64,000 nt of DNA, taken from contig JASTWF010000138.1 of the NCBI GenBank assembly GCA_030390025.1, positions 682,001-746,000 of the forward strand, given 5' to 3'. Below are positions 63,071-64,000 of the stretch, one piece after another; the first letter of the stretch is position 1, and each line of letters starts with the position of its first letter. The notes below the pieces were generated by a model, which was not told the origin of the DNA, did not search any database, and worked only from the letters and a program-made list of their open reading frames with translations. Made by a program: the position numbers and the translations under genes. This DNA is from Squalus acanthias (lineage: Eukaryota).

Positions 63071-64000
63071 TTGAAATAAATTCAATCTTTATTTCTCCTT
63101 CAGATTATTTCTAAGGAATACATGCTCTCTTAAAATTGGACTGAGCAGTAATCTGAGTATTATCAATATTGATAGCAATGATATTCCTTGTTCTGACAGT
63201 GACTTGTGGGCACAGCAACATCGGCGTCTGCACGATTCATGTTTGAATAAGATCACTGTCGCCACCTGCTGATGAACAGCATCTACTACAGTCCCCTGAG
63301 TTTATTAAACATGATTCATAATTCCGCATTTACCGAGTTACGTTCACCTAGAGGAATTTCTCAGGCGAACCAGAAGAGGGGCAATGGATCAGGAGGAATT
63401 AAGGGCGGAATGTCTAAAATTACTGTTATAAATTCAACTTCACCTCTTCTTTGGCCAAAACTTATCGAGCAGTCAGTTTAAGGGTTCCACAGGTGACAGC
63501 CGGGGATTCCAGGAAATACTTCAGTGTTTTAACACCGCACACGCTGGTGTATTTAGGGCAAGAGCCGACACATAAACTGCAGGTGTTAGGTTGCGGGAGA
63601 CTGTGACATGGTCCAATCTCACGGTGTAGTCCGAAGGAGAAGGATAAGAATTCTTCCATCCACAATGTTTCCTCAATGTGTCGTAAACAGACAGACAGAC
63701 AGAGAGATGTGTCGATCATTGTGTAACCATAGCATATTGTAATTATTGACCACAAATTGATATGATCTAGAAAGTACCTGGAATCCCAAATCCCTTCACT
63801 CCTCCACCAGAGTGGGAGTCAAATATACTTTCTGGCAGAGAATTCCACATTCTCACCTCGCTCTGTGTAAATCATGTTTTCTAACCATAAAATGTATCTT
63901 TTGCCGCGTCATGTTTACATAGAATATACAGCACAGAAACAGGCCATTCGGGCCAACTAGTCCATGCAAAAAAGACAATTTCTATCTTGTTTATTTCTGT

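Noticed and set aside
1-64000. IgH-like/TAILV/NAR V, D, J or C segments
   Set aside because: No WVRQ/LEW-type VH motifs, no FGxG J with a 12-RSS, no C exon recognised by eye; very short D segments could have been missed.

Overview
Vertebrate genomic DNA, most likely from a cartilaginous fish (inferred from shark-type CR1 tails and V-gene style). The window is part of a T-cell receptor alpha/delta-type variable-gene array. I read about 19 V exons plus relics, in both orientations. Most have a short leader exon, a phase-1 intron, a V exon and a long-spacer recombination signal sequence (RSS); most are pseudogenes and only about 3 are cleanly intact. No D, J, C exon or 12-RSS was recognised. Roughly 40% of the window is non-LTR retrotransposon: CR1-clade LINEs (two near full length, one with an intact ORF2), L2-like fragments, and a Penelope-like element with hammerhead ribozymes. 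There are also a MITE complex, mini/microsatellites, and large direct and inverted segmental duplications. Most notable: (1) a dense set of about 16 CTCF-consensus motifs, several tied to V-RSS cassettes and flipping with them; (2) a V gene with leader and V in one exon; (3) a V family with a conserved 24-nt RSS spacer; (4) V domains with non-canonical chemistry (Cys40-Cys55, Trp41->Leu); (5) rearrangement scars at RSS and CTCF edges. All coordinates were counted by hand and may be off by a few bases.
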